Under the pieces are notes generated by a model, which was not told the DNA's origin, made no database searches, and saw nothing but the letters and a program-made list of their open reading frames with translations. From contig JBHGNT010000003.1 of the NCBI GenBank assembly GCA_043228905.1, forward strand, positions 3,844,001-3,908,000: DNA of 64,000 nt. Direction: 5' to 3'. The position numbers and the translations under genes are program-made. Below, piece by piece: positions 61,761-64,000 of this stretch. Numbering within the stretch: the stretch's first letter is position 1; every line of letters starts with the position of its first letter. The stretch is from Azolla caroliniana. Its lineage: Eukaryota; Plantae; Polypodiophyta.

Positions 61761-63003
61761 CTTGAATCCCGTGTTGGTTTTGCAAGCAAATGATTCCTGT
61801 GCCGACTACCTTTGCAAATCCATCATTCCCCATCTTCACAACACCATAGTCACCTGGAGTGTAAGATGAGAAAAAATCCCTTCTAGACGTAACATGGTGG
61901 GAGGTACCACTATCAAGAACCCAAGTGGTTTCATGCCTACTTATGTTAACTTCATTGTAACTTGTACATACAACAAGTAAATCATTAGAGGAAGCAACAT
62001 TGTCTTCTCCCTTCTTCAAACAACTTCCCTCATTTCATGTTTCTTTGAAGATCCTATGTGTTCGCCCCGTCTCTTTTTCTTTTCCTCGACAAGGGCTTCA
62101 TAATTTTGGCATATGGTCTCTACAAGGATTGTTTTCTCGTCCACAAGGTCATTCCACTCTGATATTTCTTGAACTCTTCATTCAGCTTTGCTAGCCTCGT
62201 CTGTTCGAAGTTTCCCTTTCCCAATATGTTCTAAAAATGATCGGCCAAACTTCTCCTTCTAATGGGCCTTGGCCTCTCATATCATGCCCCGCTCGAACTT
62301 TGGTTTACGTGGAATAATTGGATGTTTAATAAAAAGGGATGTAGCTAGCAAGTTCTTAGTTCGACATGATAAGCAAGTGATTATTATCGATTATCATACT
62401 AGTTAGGCAAACAAATACAAGAGAATCTGAACATGGAGTAGTATTGCACATGAATGTCAGAATGGATCATTCGATAACTATCATTCATAAAGGTATGTGC
62501 TTGCGAGTGTTTCAAGATGTTGCATACATTTCATGCCTTCATTGAAAGTATAGGTAATATCACCCATATGTACTCGGTCAATTCTCTAAACTTTAGCTGA
62601 ATTTTTATATTCTTGGAAGCGGTCCTAGTCCCAATAATGTTGTAAACATGTAGACAATTTCTAATGTGTATGTATGTGAAAGTACATGTGTAAACATAAA
62701 TGTTTGTGTATAACTATATATTTGTAACTTCTATATGTGTACAATTTAAACATGTAAATGTTTTTTAATATATTCATGTGCGTGCATTCTATATGTGTTT
62801 ATGTAAAGGTTTATGTAAAGGCAACATTCTCATCCATGACTTTATTCAAATCCACAAATAACCTTGATTAATATAGGTTATAAAACAGGACAATTATTAT
62901 TAGTTGCAAACCCCTGTCTAGGTTCATTGGAGGAATATTCAAAAGTTTACAAGAAATATCAAAAGTAGGCCTTTCTATTTAAACCCACGTAGCCAGATAT
63001 AAT

Positions 63004-64000
63004 TTAGCTTAGTGGGAAGGATTTTTTTCCTTCACAATGAATTTTGCATAACCATGCAACTTGAGTACTCTCCTCACCTTCATAATATATGGTACGCTTA
63101 AGAAGGAACTTCTTAGCTATGTTTTGGTCGGTCAAACCTCCATTTTCCACCAACATGGATGCCAAGCACTTTTGCCACTCTTTGGAAGCATACTCTAGTT
63201 TACTTAGAAATATATCCTTTTTTGATTCAAAATGACTTTGTATCATAGGGTATTGTTTCGCTAGTTTGAGGTGGTGTGTCCAATCAAGAGGTACCATGGA
63301 GGAAATACCGAGTCTAGCGGCTATAGTCAAAACATGAAACATACCATTGATATATGGTAGAACTTTTTCTAGATACTCTGAATGAGACTCTGAAAAAGAG
63401 GTGAGGGAGATACCAGGTTGGTTTTTCACCGGGTGTGGCAATTTTTTATCCTCACAATATAGTTGGATTCTCACCATTTTTCCTCCCAAAAGTCGAGGCC
63501 ACCGTGTCAAAAGTTCCTCAATGGTCGATGCACTAGAGCTAGTTGTAAGGAGGGCGACACGAGGGAGTTGCTTCTCAGCCTCATTCTCTAGAGCCATTTT
63601 CAATAGCTTACTTATAGATTTCTCAATGTTACTCATAACATCTTTCCTCATAATTTGAAGTTCTTTGTGCATTTCATCTACTGTCTTGGTCATTTGATCC
63701 ACCTTATCATGTATCTTTAGGACCACTTCATAAGTGGCATCCAACTTATCTATAATTTCCTTTGCCATGAGCTTGCTACATCGCACCTCAATTGCTTGAT
63801 TTTCTGATACTGGATCTTCTTGCACCAAGCTATTTTCAAGGCTAGTCATGGTCACATTTTGTTGACTTTCTTGTTCTCCAAATATTTTGACATCATTATT
63901 CTCCAATAATGGACTTTGTGCCTCTTGCTCAAGCCATGCTTTATATGACGCAAGAATTTCCTCATAATTTTCAAAACCAAGGAGATCAATGAAATCATTT
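63004..64000 (-). CDS. TRN1-like: TORNADO1-like Roco protein, copy B' (C-terminal part; gene continues beyond window)
   Basis: Near-identical to 30081-31077 (one visible substitution, ISSM versus ISYM). Frame open to the window edge. Confidence 0.85.
   Translation of the reverse strand, partial: NDFIDLLGFENYEEILASYKAWLEQEAQSPLLENNDVKIFGEQESQQNVTMTSLENSLVQEDPVSENQAIEVRCSKLMAKEIIDKLDATYEVVLKIHDKVDQMTKTVDEMHKELQIMRKDVMSNIEKSISKLLKMALENEAEKQLPRVALLTTSSSASTIEELLTRWPRLLGGKMVRIQLYCEDKKLPHPVKNQPGISLTSFSESHSEYLEKVLPYINGMFHVLTIAARLGISSMVPLDWTHHLKLAKQYPMIQSHFESKKDIFLSKLEYASKEWQKCLASMLVENGGLTDQNIAKKFLLKRTIYYEGEESTQVAWLCKIHCEGKKSFPLS

Larger units (their letters stand above)
58249..62023 (-). mobile_element. 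Duplicate of the 5'-truncated Tnt1/Tork-like Copia
   Basis: ORFs 58794-60329, 60405-61760 and 61723-62019 are nearly identical to those at 25874-29096 (a 3-bp insertion gives FIESDHS versus FIDDHS). Confidence 0.93.
51072..64000 (+). repeat. Segmental duplication, copy 2 (of 16357-31077; continues beyond window)
   Basis: Identity starts at AGTCTAGCAGC (51072 = 16357) and runs to the window end. Confidence 0.97.

Overview
Eukaryotic, AT-rich land-plant genomic DNA (GT/GC-AG introns, plant Copia/MULE/hAT elements; a seed-free plant such as a fern is plausible but cannot be proven from the window). It holds one ordinary 3-exon SRPBCC/polyketide-cyclase-like gene (5287-12526, +). Behind it lies a minus-strand tandem cluster of at least 7-8 loci encoding TORNADO1-like Roco proteins (LRR - Roc GTPase - COR - coiled coil - Cys/His C-terminal module). 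One copy (B, 30081-34033, two exons, ~1281 aa, joined by a GC-AG intron that splits the P-loop) is intact and a second (B', 63004 onward) runs off the window. The rest are frameshifted, internally deleted or cut by LTR elements. Differences between paralogs concentrate on the residues right after each LxxLxL LRR strand. Together with tandem birth-and-death turnover, this looks like an NLR-style, rapidly diversifying receptor cluster built from Roco GTPases (the immune role is inference). A near-identical segmental duplication of at least 14.7 kb (16357-31077 vs 51072-64000) is the latest expansion. Also present: a full-length Copia with LTRs/PBS/PPT/TSD, truncated Copias, a MULE with a nested hAT-type MITE, LTR fragments, an intronless RPL6 retrocopy behind an LTR+PBS, and an inverted fragment of the SRPBCC exon 1 upstream of the intact Roco gene.
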